A stretch of DNA of 44,504 nt from a phage: sequence record PZ386946.1. One strand, given 5' to 3'. Position 1 is the first letter of the stretch, and each line of letters opens with the position of its first letter. The position numbers and the translations under genes were made by a program. Of the stretch, positions 19,936-29,402 are shown one piece after another. The notes beneath the pieces are model-generated. The model searched no databases and was not told the origin of the DNA. It saw nothing but the letters and a program-made list of their open reading frames with translations.

Positions 19936-20040
19936 TTAGAAACCGTTAAAATTCGAAGCCAGCAGCAGAACCCACACGAAGAAACCAGTTACAGCAGCGC
20001 CAGCGACCAGAGCGATTGAGTTGTTGATTAAGTTAGTCAT
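19936..20040 (-). CDS. small hydrophobic peptide (34 aa)
   Basis: not in ORF track (<60 aa); MTNLINNSIALVAGAAVTGFFVWVLLLASNFNGF, single predicted TM helix; downstream of minus-strand bipartite motif, stop abuts Cor-like start. Confidence 0.3.
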   Translation of the reverse strand: MTNLINNSIALVAGAAVTGFFVWVLLLASNFNGF

Positions 20041-20080
20041 TTTGTATCCCTTATTAAGTATGTTTCGTTTCGATGGAGTA

Positions 20081-20127
20081 ACTATAGCAAAGGCCGCTGC
20101 GGGAGTCTTTAGCAATTCGTGCTATTT
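20081..20127 (-). promoter_or_regulatory. bipartite motif copy, minus orientation
   Basis: reverse complement of AATAGCACGAATTGCTAAAG...TATAGTTACTCCATCGAAACGAAAC; precedes 34-aa ORF and Cor-like gene. Confidence 0.5.
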
Positions 20128-20203
20128 GATATACGCGTAACTGATGTAACTCGATGTATACAATCTCATCAGCGGAAAATGATATACGCACTGTTACGCC
20201 AGT

Positions 20204-20291
20204 TTACGCATTGGTTACATTAAAATATCTATATATATCAACCTTTTACTCTTATTATTATTATTATATATATTGCTGTGTATATCATGTA
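20204..20291. repeat. AT-rich repeat element, copy A (contains (TTA)5 microsatellite)
   Basis: about 88 bp closely matching 39031..39117 (TTACGCA.TGGTTACA...ATATCTATATATA...(TTA)n...TATAT...GTGTATAT.ATGTA). Confidence 0.7.
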
Positions 20292-20410
20292 ACTACTTCT
20301 ATAGAGTGTTCCGGTTATAATTTTAATATCATGTGGATTTATACAGTATTGCGCGGCAGCTACACCAATGCACCCTCCGCAATAAATGATATACACGATA
20401 TACACACTAT

Positions 20411-20425
20411 TTACATTGAGCTATA
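20411..20425. repeat. short direct repeat TTACATTGAGCTATA, copy A
   Basis: identical 15-mer at 39256..39270, at similar distance downstream of the AT-rich element in both hubs. Confidence 0.6.
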
Positions 20426-20589
20426 GCTGGTATGAGATGCTAAAAAACGTAACAAGTGCCAATGTCCACACGTAATTACAATGATTCACGCGTAAACTTG
20501 AATCAACGATTGGCAAAACCAATTGGACTGGCTACGGTACCGAATATATAGTTAACCCATCGAAAGCAAACAACCAGAGAGATACAGAA

Positions 20590-20784
20590 ATGACCTACTA
20601 CATTATCAAAGAGAAAAACAACGCACTGTTCGGAGACTGCTACTTTGGTGGCCCCGCTGGGTACACCACGAATAAGAGCGAGGCAGACAGATTTGAGACT
20701 AAAGAGGAAGCCAGGGATGTACTGAACGGATACTTCACTGAAGAAGATTTGAAGTCTGTTAAAGTAGTTAAGGTTAAGGAGTAA
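20590..20784 (+). CDS. hypothetical protein
   Basis: 64 aa ORF, first plus-strand gene after AT-rich hub A. Confidence 0.45.
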   Translation: MTYYIIKEKNNALFGDCYFGGPAGYTTNKSEADRFETKEEARDVLNGYFTEEDLKSVKVVKVKE

Positions 20785-20788
20785 AAAT

Positions 20789-20986
20789 ATGAAGGCTTTT
20801 ATAGACATAAATAAGTCACCATACAACGACGAATCAGATCCAGAGGTAAGAATAAGGATAAAATTTGAAACTGGAAGAGAGATAAACATAACAACAACAT
20901 GCTCTGGTATATCAAAAGCTATTATGGGATGCAGTGAAATCCCTGTAGATGTATCACTTAGAAACGTAGAGGTTAAGATAAAATGA
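20789..20986 (+). CDS. hypothetical protein
   Basis: 65 aa ORF, RBS AAGGAG, overlaps next gene start. Confidence 0.45.
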   Translation: MKAFIDINKSPYNDESDPEVRIRIKFETGREINITTTCSGISKAIMGCSEIPVDVSLRNVEVKIK

Positions 20987-21948
20987 CTTTCAGAGTTTAC
21001 ACACGAGAGGAACTAAGCAATGAGGCTTACCACTCCGAGACTGAACACATCTCCGGTAGCTCACTTGTTGAGATTATCCAGGGTTCTCCTGCGAAGTGGA
21101 AATTTAAGCAGCGCAACAGCAATAGCAAAGCGCTAAAATTTGGCACCTTGTCACATACTTACATCCTGGAAGGTGACACGTTTGATAAAGAATACCTTCG
21201 AGCTACAGACCTTGATGCCATTGAAGGCTTAATTACAAGCCAAACAGGTTTAGCTTCAGCACTTAAAAAAGTTGGTGTAGCTGGGACGTCAGGGAAGGGC
21301 TATAGCGAGCTAGTAGAGATGATGTATCGCTCGGGTGAGGATTGGGATGTTAAATGGCTAATTGAGCAGCAGGAGAGCGCACAGGCGCTTGTGGGGGGTA
21401 AGGAGCTAGTTAGCGCAGCAGACTATGACAAAGTGGTGGCGATGCGTGAGGTTCTTTGCAACATTCCGGCATATAATGCAATTGTTAACAGCGAGACGGC
21501 GCAGAAAGAGCTATCAATCTTCGGTGAGATTCTAGGTGTTGGCGTTAAGATTCGAATCGACCACGTTGATGTTGTTGATGGGGTGGTTCGGATAACAGAT
21601 TTTAAAACGACAGCAGATGCAAGCCCGGAAGGATTCGGTAAGTCGGCATTCTCGCACGGATACCTTGCAAAAATGGCGCTTCAGCGCGATCTGTTTGTGA
21701 AGGCATTCAACGAGAAGCGAAAGGTTGTTGTAGGATTGCTGGCACAGGAGAAGGTAGAACCATATCTACCAATGCTTTATACCTTGACTGACGAACAGCT
21801 ACGAATCGGCCGCTTGCAGTATCTGGAGGCGCTAGCAACTTACAAGAAGTGCAAGGAGTTGGATATCTGGCCTGGATACTCGAATGGCATTACAGAGCAA
21901 GAATTGATGATTCCTGAGTGGGCGTTAAAACAATATAAAGAAATCTAA
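20983..21948 (+). CDS. PD-(D/E)XK family recombination exonuclease (putative)
   Basis: 321 aa; catalytic-like block IRIDHVDVVDGVVRITDFKTT (D...D-x-K); sits upstream of ERF and SSB as in phage recombination modules. Confidence 0.6.
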   Translation: MTFRVYTREELSNEAYHSETEHISGSSLVEIIQGSPAKWKFKQRNSNSKALKFGTLSHTYILEGDTFDKEYLRATDLDAIEGLITSQTGLASALKKVGVAGTSGKGYSELVEMMYRSGEDWDVKWLIEQQESAQALVGGKELVSAADYDKVVAMREVLCNIPAYNAIVNSETAQKELSIFGEILGVGVKIRIDHVDVVDGVVRITDFKTTADASPEGFGKSAFSHGYLAKMALQRDLFVKAFNEKRKVVVGLLAQEKVEPYLPMLYTLTDEQLRIGRLQYLEALATYKKCKELDIWPGYSNGITEQELMIPEWALKQYKEI

Positions 21949-21992
21949 ATAGCACGAATTGCCAAAACAAAGCTGGATGACTTAGGTATAGT
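21948..21992 (+). promoter_or_regulatory. bipartite motif copy
   Basis: AATAGCACGAATTGCCAAAA, 22-nt spacer, TATAGTTATCCCATCAACAACGAACGAGG; precedes ERF gene. Confidence 0.5.
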
Positions 21993-22021
21993 TATCCCAT
22001 CAACAACGAACGAGGTTAAAG

Positions 22022-22672
22022 ATGCAAATTTCAGAATCATGCAAATCAATTTTAAACGCGCTTCACACCGCTAAATCGCTATTTGCTAAGGCTGAGAAGT
22101 CTAAGCAGAACTCACACTTAAAGAACAAGTACGCTACCTTAGAAGACGTGCTAGCGGCCGTTGAGCCAGGCTTAGATGAGTGTGGATTGGTTATGTTCCA
22201 GAGCGTGCTTGATGATGAACAAACCAACCGTATGAAGGTTGAGACAAAACTGTTTCATGCTGAATCTGGAGAGTGGGTTAGCTTCTTGATGATAGTCCCA
22301 ATCAGTAAGAATGATGCTCAAGGTTACGGATCTGCGCTTACATACGCTCGTCGATACGGAATCACAGCAGCCTTAGGTCTTAGCCAGGCAGATGATGATG
22401 GCAATCTGGCAGCCAAGGGTGTTAAAGACTTTAAGCGAGAACTTGAGAAGTGCAATACGCTCGATGAGCTTCGTAACGTTTGGAAGGATGCTAAGCAATC
22501 ACTAGATGCGGCTGGATGGAAGGTGTTTGAGCCTCACATTATCGAGCGAAAGGCAGAGATCGAAGCAAACGCAGCAACTGGCTTCAACCCAGCAACACCA
22601 AAGAGAGTCGCAGAAAAAAGTAGTCCTGAAGAAAAGATTGAAGTAGAATCACAACAAATCGACACATTCTGA
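22022..22672 (+). CDS. ERF-family single-strand annealing protein
   Basis: 216 aa; conserved ERF blocks KNKYATLEDVL and LTYARRYG. Confidence 0.75.
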   Translation: MQISESCKSILNALHTAKSLFAKAEKSKQNSHLKNKYATLEDVLAAVEPGLDECGLVMFQSVLDDEQTNRMKVETKLFHAESGEWVSFLMIVPISKNDAQGYGSALTYARRYGITAALGLSQADDDGNLAAKGVKDFKRELEKCNTLDELRNVWKDAKQSLDAAGWKVFEPHIIERKAEIEANAATGFNPATPKRVAEKSSPEEKIEVESQQIDTF

Positions 22673-22711
22673 ATTTAACGGGGCTTCGGCCCCATCAAAA
22701 AGGAAAATAAA

Positions 22712-23134
22712 ATGCCACACGTAATTACTGGTCAGATCCGCAAGGCACCATTCACTAAGGAAGGCAGCAACAATAACGGGCGATGGAAAATGTACGCAGT
22801 AGAACTATCTGAACGCATGAAGATTAGAAATCAGAATGGCGAGGATGAGACGGTTTACAGTAACTACCGATCCACTTTCTTCGCAAAGGAAAATGTCATG
22901 GCATGGTATGACGATGCGTTCCAGGAAGGTAAGGTTGTTTCAATTTCTGCTGACACACTTCACTTGTCGTCACGCCAGGGTAATGACGGGAATGTTTACG
23001 TCACCGCTGAAATGATACGACCTCAGTTGCAATTCAGCCAGCGTGAACCAGCGCAGCAGCATCAGAAGCAACCGCAACCGCAGCAGCAGCAACCGCAGAA
23101 GCAAAGTCAATTCAACGATGACATCCCATTCTGA
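22712..23134 (+). CDS. ssb: single-stranded DNA-binding protein
   Basis: 140 aa; OB-fold-like N-terminal region, Gln/Pro-rich linker and acidic C-terminal tail ending DDIPF as in bacterial/phage SSB. Confidence 0.8.
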   Translation: MPHVITGQIRKAPFTKEGSNNNGRWKMYAVELSERMKIRNQNGEDETVYSNYRSTFFAKENVMAWYDDAFQEGKVVSISADTLHLSSRQGNDGNVYVTAEMIRPQLQFSQREPAQQHQKQPQPQQQQPQKQSQFNDDIPF

Positions 23135-23139
23135 TAAAA

Positions 23140-23166
23140 GATAAAGCCCCTTTCGGGGCTTTTTTG
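23140..23166. terminator. bidirectional hairpin terminator between SSB and tail fibre genes
   Basis: AAAGCCCC-TTTC-GGGGCTTTTTTGTT, A-run and T-run on either side. Confidence 0.65.
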
Positions 23167-25764
23167 TTACGGCCTCATGAATCTAATTACAGCCTGACCA
23201 GACACACTAACTTTAGATGTGTTGTGATTAACTAAGAATACGTTAACACTACCAGTCCCGCCACCAGCCCTGGATGCAAATATATCAATACCACTAAGTC
23301 CAGAACTAACATCCACGTTTATGAAATCACCATACTTAACGCCAGGGACGCTAACTGTTCCTAGAAATGACATTCCACCATTAGCTGCAAGTGTAACAGT
23401 GTAGTCAATATATGAAGGCTTTGAGAATCCATTAATGAAAACAGATCCATTAACAAGCCCGCCAACATCACAGTTACTTGTGTAATCTATTCTGCTATCA
23501 GCGGATGCAGAGAGCGAGTAAGAGTACTGCGATCCAGAGACTACAGGTAGGTTGCTTGCGCTAACCCTTACATTTGACCCTGAATTTGCAAGCACTACAT
23601 AAGAGTTTGCTCCATCACTAATAACATCAGAACTTCCACCAGAAACAAAACCAGATAAGTTGACTCCTGAAATATCAACGTCTGAGTTTGTGAATCTAAA
23701 AAGATAAGCCTCCTGTCCTTGCGGGTTTTGGTTTCTCCATGACGGTATCGAAAACCCTGAAATCTTTGCTGAATTGCAGTCAACAAGAACAAAGTCTGAT
23801 CCGCCATTAATATTAACCTTTGATGATTCATGCTGCATTCCAGTTATCGTCAACCCAGGGCACTGAGTTGCAATAAACGGCGTTAAGTTTCCAAAATTAG
23901 AGCTGCCATCGTACGCGCAGTTCACCAAAGTAGCTACGTGACAGTACTTTAGCGCCCAGGACGCATAACAATCAAGTGAGTAGCACGATGAGTACTTAAC
24001 GGTTGTCCCGTAGTCTTTCCTAAAGCCCTGAATGCAATCCCACGCCCAGCAATTAACATACTCCATCAAATAAGCTGACGTCACATCGTAGAATCCATAG
24101 TAGGCACCTCTTACTATTACATTCTCAACCTTAAAGTTTGTAACTCCACCTGTAAGAGGGTCAATTAAAGAATCTCTGGTTCCAAAATCAATGCCGCGAC
24201 TAAAACCACTATTTACCGTTGGCTTACCAGTCTGATAGTTAATCCAAAAATTAGCTATTGACCCACCTGGTTGATACCCCGTCGGGAAGTGCTCAAATCC
24301 AGAGTGATCACCAGTACATTGTATAATTGTTCCGTATTTTGAATTTGGGTAGGTTGATGCCCCTCTTATGTTTTGAGTTCCGAAAAGTATTGGCCCACTA
24401 GTCAAAATTACACCTGGAGGAAAAGTCACATCCTGAAGCGTCGATGTTGCTCTGTTTGCTGCCGCGGTGTCATCACTTACACCGTCAGCTTTCACTCCAA
24501 ACCATCTAGCATCAACTGGACCCGTGTAGCTTCTCTTCCATCTTCTATCCAATGCGTCAACAAGAATAGTACCATCATTGTCCTCGCTAGATGTGTCTGA
24601 ATCATCTCTCTGGAATATACCGAAAGCATTATCTGCGATCGTCTCTCTTCCGTAACAACTAATGGAATAATCAGAACCCGAATAACCCCTTATGTCGCTA
24701 TAGTTTGCCGAACCTATTTTTGATAGTGAAGACACTCCTCCAAGATCGGCTTTTGAGTAAACGTCAAGATTAATTCTCGCAGCTTCTTTATTTGGGATGT
24801 CGCTAAGGTTGGAAGACCTCAGAAAGGTTTCACCCTTCGAGTAAACATCAAGCAACCCCCTAACCCTCAAGGCGCTAGAACCACCAGTAGCACCATCTCC
24901 ACCAGGAACGCTTAGAAGTTCCCTTACATAAAAATTCCTAGAACCAGTAGCTCCAGTAAAGGTAATTTCCGCAACCCTAAAAACTGCGTTTGAGGTTGTA
25001 GAAGGAGAAATTCTTACTACGTTACTTCCATTAATACCACGCGTTGCAAGAACATCAATACAAATAGTGGTGTTTGTCGCCGGGAACATTGAACTCAAGT
25101 CTGCCGGAATGTTAACCATGTTGTCAATTCTGCACTGGTAACTACCACCTGAATAAAATTGCATTGTCTGCCAATCAAGAGATGTTAAAAGTGGAGTTGT
25201 TGTGCTTCCTATACCGTGTTCTGCAAAGTAAGCCACTGCGGCGGTATTCCCGGCTGCATTTATTGCGGCAACGGTTCTGTTGTATGAGTTCTGTGCATTA
25301 TTGCTAGCACCAACGGCAGTTGATGCGCTTTCTGCGGCAGCAACCTGACTAGCAAGCGCCTCCGCAGCTCCAGTGGTGGATTGATTTGCAAGTTGCTCGA
25401 ATCTAGGCCAGTCGAAAGTGTCTTGACTAATAAATTGCAGCAATCCTTCGATGGATGTCTCCTTAGACTGGTAGTAACGCAAAGTCTCTGCTACATTCTG
25501 AGCTAAACCCTGAACGGTAATCCCATCGTGAGCAAGGATCGCATAACCAGTTCCTGCAGGAACAGTTTCAGAATTAGGGTTATAAACATTAATCTGCGTA
25601 TCGCTGATGATTTCTGAGATGGTGTAAATCTTCAGGGGGCTTGTTTTAAAAATAATGGTTGCACCTACACGAATCAGTGTAAGCGGTGCTTTCCATGTTG
25701 TTCCGACCCCAGTCACCTCGCCATTTGCGGCTAGCGACGCTGTTCCTAAGTCATAAATTGCCAT
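23167..25764 (-). CDS. tail fibre / tailspike-like protein with pectate-lyase-like beta-helix domain
   Basis: 865 aa from ATG 25764 (track start 25794 is GTG inside motif); Gly/Ser/Thr/Asn-rich; motif ARWFGVKADGVSDDTAAAN typical of start of right-handed beta-helix domains. Confidence 0.7.
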   Translation of the reverse strand: MAIYDLGTASLAANGEVTGVGTTWKAPLTLIRVGATIIFKTSPLKIYTISEIISDTQINVYNPNSETVPAGTGYAILAHDGITVQGLAQNVAETLRYYQSKETSIEGLLQFISQDTFDWPRFEQLANQSTTGAAEALASQVAAAESASTAVGASNNAQNSYNRTVAAINAAGNTAAVAYFAEHGIGSTTTPLLTSLDWQTMQFYSGGSYQCRIDNMVNIPADLSSMFPATNTTICIDVLATRGINGSNVVRISPSTTSNAVFRVAEITFTGATGSRNFYVRELLSVPGGDGATGGSSALRVRGLLDVYSKGETFLRSSNLSDIPNKEAARINLDVYSKADLGGVSSLSKIGSANYSDIRGYSGSDYSISCYGRETIADNAFGIFQRDDSDTSSEDNDGTILVDALDRRWKRSYTGPVDARWFGVKADGVSDDTAAANRATSTLQDVTFPPGVILTSGPILFGTQNIRGASTYPNSKYGTIIQCTGDHSGFEHFPTGYQPGGSIANFWINYQTGKPTVNSGFSRGIDFGTRDSLIDPLTGGVTNFKVENVIVRGAYYGFYDVTSAYLMEYVNCWAWDCIQGFRKDYGTTVKYSSCYSLDCYASWALKYCHVATLVNCAYDGSSNFGNLTPFIATQCPGLTITGMQHESSKVNINGGSDFVLVDCNSAKISGFSIPSWRNQNPQGQEAYLFRFTNSDVDISGVNLSGFVSGGSSDVISDGANSYVVLANSGSNVRVSASNLPVVSGSQYSYSLSASADSRIDYTSNCDVGGLVNGSVFINGFSKPSYIDYTVTLAANGGMSFLGTVSVPGVKYGDFINVDVSSGLSGIDIFASRAGGGTGSVNVFLVNHNTSKVSVSGQAVIRFMRP

Positions 25765-25786
25765 TGCGTAAAGTCTCCATTTGTAA

Positions 25787-25805
25787 AATAGCACGAATTG
25801 CTAAG
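25787..25805 (+). promoter_or_regulatory. bipartite motif first half, orphan copy in plus orientation between two minus-strand genes
   Basis: AATAGCACGAATTGCTAAG then 24 nt then TATAAA; no plus-strand gene downstream. Confidence 0.3.
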
Positions 25806-25823
25806 TTTGATTGTAGCATCTTT

Positions 25824-25854
25824 CAGGTATAAAAAAACCTCCCGAAGGAGGTTA
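25824..25854 (-). terminator. rho-independent terminator after primase gene (minus strand)
   Basis: hairpin CCTCC-CGAA-GGAGG followed on minus strand by TTTTTTTATAC. Confidence 0.55.
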
Positions 25855-26775
25855 GTCTAGTAATTCACTTGCTTTGTATATTCGTTTTCTTATTCCTGAC
25901 TTAAAAAAATTATCATCATTTGGCATTACCACATCAAGATCGCGATCGTCAGCAACGGCGAGTAAATCAAAAGCGTGGCGAGTACAAGCGACGCGTAACT
26001 TGTAGTTTCTAAGCGCGTAAGCAACCATTTCCATGTTGTAACTGGAGTGGCAAACAAGCACACAGCGGTTACCTGTAGCAATGTGAACGCGATAGCCGTC
26101 AATGAAATTATCGACCAGATAAGCGTACTCATCATCTTTAAAGGAACCAATAACAGCAATAGACTGGCGAGTATAATCTTTTGCAGCATAACTAACATCT
26201 CCCTCTTCATTGATAAACATTACATTGCACATTTCTTCTGATATACCATCACTATAGGCCATAAAACAAGGCACTGCGTGTATTAGTTCGCCTGATTTTG
26301 CCCTGCCAACATCAAAACCAAACTCACTATAGATACCCTCGTATATACTGAGTGGAGTTGATGCTACTCTTTCCGTCCTTTCCATTATCTCTAAGCATCT
26401 TTCGTGGTCAATCTGTGCTCCCATTTTATAGAGCTGGGTTCTTGATGCTTTCTTGTTTGCCTTATTAACCACTTCTACAGGGATAAGGTTTAACCACTCA
26501 CCGAGAATATCAATGCATTCACTGAATGACTCCCCTCTCATCTTTTGAACCCAGACAATTCCATCTCCCGAGCCGCACTGGTTGCAGATAATGCCACCGT
26601 CACCCTCCTCGCTAACCTTATTGGTCCATCTTGCGCGATCGTTGCCGCCGCAATAAATGCACGGCTGATGCTTCTTAGTCTGGAAGAACTTTGGGTCAGC
26701 GCCGCAGATATTGATAAGCGCCTTGTCCCACAGGCCCCGCATTCTTGGTAAAACCTCTTTCTTATCGTAGTGCAT
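25852..26775 (-). CDS. DNA primase (zinc finger + TOPRIM-like)
   Basis: 307 aa; N-terminal CIYCGG...CNQCGSG zinc-binding motif; acidic DxD block AVADDRDLDVV consistent with TOPRIM. Confidence 0.7.
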   Translation of the reverse strand: MHYDKKEVLPRMRGLWDKALINICGADPKFFQTKKHQPCIYCGGNDRARWTNKVSEEGDGGIICNQCGSGDGIVWVQKMRGESFSECIDILGEWLNLIPVEVVNKANKKASRTQLYKMGAQIDHERCLEIMERTERVASTPLSIYEGIYSEFGFDVGRAKSGELIHAVPCFMAYSDGISEEMCNVMFINEEGDVSYAAKDYTRQSIAVIGSFKDDEYAYLVDNFIDGYRVHIATGNRCVLVCHSSYNMEMVAYALRNYKLRVACTRHAFDLLAVADDRDLDVVMPNDDNFFKSGIRKRIYKASELLD

Positions 26776-26832
26776 ATCAATCTATCTCTTAACAAATAAA
26801 AAGGATGTACCGATTATGGCACATCCAATTAT

Positions 26833-27306
26833 TTACTCTTTAGCTTTTCGTGCTGCCTCATTGGCGGCTTTAATTTTGCGCCAGGATCGGCACTCAGGCT
26901 TAGTAGCCAGCTCAGCTTCTGTTACCACGCGCAGCATATGACGCTTTTTGCATCGCAGCGTAAGCGGCTTTCCGTTGCCATCGAATTGCAGATCCGGTCG
27001 GCAGAATGTGGCTCGAAAACCTTCTCCATTTCTTTTGTAGTAGTTGTGTGACAGCTGAGCTCCACGTGCAGAAATCATACCACGCTTAAACCATTCTTCT
27101 ACAGCCTGAGGAGTTACCTTTAACTGCTTCGCAATGTTTGCCTTTGTGCCGAAGAAATCAAGAACCATCTCTAGCCGTGCGCGTAGCCCGGCTCTTACTT
27201 CATCTTTTAAAACGTAGTAACCTGAAGGTCGTTTTCGTTGTTTTTTGTCTTCAGTGCGGACGGTTCCGTTATTGCCGTTAATGGTGCGCTTGTCAACTGC
27301 ATTCAT
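26833..27306 (-). CDS. HTH DNA-binding protein (putative transcriptional regulator)
   Basis: start ATG 27306 with GAGGT RBS (track start 27342); helix-turn-helix-like IAKQLKVTPQAVEEWFKRG; basic termini. Confidence 0.5.
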   Translation of the reverse strand: MNAVDKRTINGNNGTVRTEDKKQRKRPSGYYVLKDEVRAGLRARLEMVLDFFGTKANIAKQLKVTPQAVEEWFKRGMISARGAQLSHNYYKRNGEGFRATFCRPDLQFDGNGKPLTLRCKKRHMLRVVTEAELATKPECRSWRKIKAANEAARKAKE

Positions 27307-27407
27307 TTCATTACCTCGATAGCATTTTTTGTTAAAAGTCATTCTGATTTGATGGTAGTATTGTACTCAATTAAACGCTACAAGACAATTTTTATAGGAA
27401 TTTAGAT

Positions 27408-29402
27408 ATGTTGCCTATCGAGAAGCTGATTGCCAACTTCGATAAAGAAAGAATCAAACAGATCCAGAAGGATTACCAGTTTGGCGAGATAACCCCTTAC
27501 GAGTTCCAGTGCGTTACATTTGATGCAATTGGGAAGGCTATTGGCAAGTATGAGGCTCCATTTATCGCGGACCTCTCCGTGTCTGCTGGTAAGACAATCA
27601 TTCTTGCTATGATTGGTAAGCGCATGGAGCAGCTTGGGCTTCCTTATATGGTTCTTTCTCGACAGTCAGAGATAATCAGCCAGAACTCAGAAGAGCTTCG
27701 TAATTTCGGCATCCGTAACAGCGTGTATTGCGCTGGTCTTAACGTTAAATCAGTTTACTACCCAACTATAGTGGCCAGTGAGGGTACAGCGGCTAATGGC
27801 TTGTTTAAGGGGCTTGGTGACTATGTCCCTGCCGTTATCGCTATCGATGAGTGCCACATGCTTGATGCTATGGATATCGTGGAAGCCGAGGAGAACGAAG
27901 AAACATTTGAGCAAATGAGCACAAAGAAAGGAGAGATGGTTTTTAAGGATGGCGTAAATACAGGGTTGCTTGGCACTGGTCGTGCACAGTACACGCTGAT
28001 TATCACCGAGATGAAACGTCGATGCCGCGAGAAGTACGGTCGCGAGCTTCGTATCTTTGGCCTAACTGGTAGCCCGTATCGCAACAACGATCATATCGTC
28101 GTTAGTAACCCAAACATCCGTGGATTCTGGCGAAAGACGGTAATTCAGGTTCCAACCAATTACCTGGTTGATTTGGGATTTGTTGTGCCAACAGTTTACG
28201 GAGAGGTTGGTGATTTGGGTTACGACCTTTCAGAGTTTGCGCCTGACGGAAGCGATGGTGTGAAAGATTTCAGCAAGAAAGAAATGGATGCGATGCAGGA
28301 AAAAATTCATCAAAACCAGTCCATGACTCAAAAGATTATGCAGTTCGCAGCCAAGTTTATGGAAACTCGTAACGCAGCACTAGTAACTTGCTCAGGCAAG
28401 CGGCATTGCGAGGAAGCAGCCGCGTCGCTTCCTGAGGGTGTAACCTGGGCTATAGTAACTGACTCTACCGGTGAGAAAAAGCGTCGTGAGATTCTTTCTG
28501 ACGCAGCTGAAGGTAAGTATAAATTCATCTTTCAGATTGGTTGCCTCACAACCGGCGTGAACGTTCCGCCATGGGACACGTCAATAATTCTTCGCAAGGT
28601 TGGTAGCATCACGTTACTGATTCAGCTTTTGGGGCGAGGTATGCGAATTCTTAAGAAGAGGCATAAGGAAATGGGAATGGTTAAGGATGATCACGTGGTG
28701 CTGGACTTCGCTGGTACTCTTGATGACATGGCGGAATTGTACTTTGACCCAATCATAGAGGAAGTGCAGGACCAGAAATTTAAGTCTTCACGCAAAGGCG
28801 GCGATGAGCCAAGAATATGTCCGGCCTGTAGTTACGAGAACTCTCCTTTTGCTCGTCGTTGCAATAACGTAATTGACGGGAAGCGTTGTGAGCATTTTTT
28901 TACATTTCGCTTATGTGAAGATATAGAGGACCCGCAGACAAAAGTTACTATTAAGAAGGGTTGTGGTGAAAAGAATGATATCGCCGCTAAAAACTGCCGC
29001 TGCTGCGGAGAGATGCTTATTGACCCCAACGCAAAATTGTCTGGAAAGATGTATCGACAAGGTGATTGGTTGAGAGTTTACGGATTCAGCATTGGATTAA
29101 CTAAAAACCAAACTGGAATCGTTGCTCGCTATGAAATCATGTCGCATAGTGGGGATAGGTTTGTTGCTTACGAAACTTTCTTCCCAGAGAGTGACCATCG
29201 AGTTTGCTCTGTTAAGTGGAAGGCATTTTGCCAGGCGCACATCCAGAACAAAACGGAGGCATTTCGCATAGGAAGACTTCGAAACGCCAAAATGATTATG
29301 AATAACGCAAGTCAATTTCGTGAGCCAATGCGCGTGACTCATAGAAAGAACCAGAAGGGGCAGGACATTATTGCAAACAAATCTTTTACTATGGAGGATT
29401 GA
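27408..29402 (+). CDS. SF2 ATP-dependent helicase (DExH) with C-terminal Cys-rich zinc-finger-like region
   Basis: 664 aa; Walker A SAGKT, DExH box IDECHML, C-terminal CPAC...C...CxxC cluster. Confidence 0.8.
   Translation: MLPIEKLIANFDKERIKQIQKDYQFGEITPYEFQCVTFDAIGKAIGKYEAPFIADLSVSAGKTIILAMIGKRMEQLGLPYMVLSRQSEIISQNSEELRNFGIRNSVYCAGLNVKSVYYPTIVASEGTAANGLFKGLGDYVPAVIAIDECHMLDAMDIVEAEENEETFEQMSTKKGEMVFKDGVNTGLLGTGRAQYTLIITEMKRRCREKYGRELRIFGLTGSPYRNNDHIVVSNPNIRGFWRKTVIQVPTNYLVDLGFVVPTVYGEVGDLGYDLSEFAPDGSDGVKDFSKKEMDAMQEKIHQNQSMTQKIMQFAAKFMETRNAALVTCSGKRHCEEAAASLPEGVTWAIVTDSTGEKKRREILSDAAEGKYKFIFQIGCLTTGVNVPPWDTSIILRKVGSITLLIQLLGRGMRILKKRHKEMGMVKDDHVVLDFAGTLDDMAELYFDPIIEEVQDQKFKSSRKGGDEPRICPACSYENSPFARRCNNVIDGKRCEHFFTFRLCEDIEDPQTKVTIKKGCGEKNDIAAKNCRCCGEMLIDPNAKLSGKMYRQGDWLRVYGFSIGLTKNQTGIVARYEIMSHSGDRFVAYETFFPESDHRVCSVKWKAFCQAHIQNKTEAFRIGRLRNAKMIMNNASQFREPMRVTHRKNQKGQDIIANKSFTMED

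Noticed and set aside
20154-20426. 90-aa plus-strand ORF inside AT-rich hub A
   Set aside because: Extremely low-complexity translation (YYYYY, repeats) arising from microsatellite and iteron DNA; no RBS.
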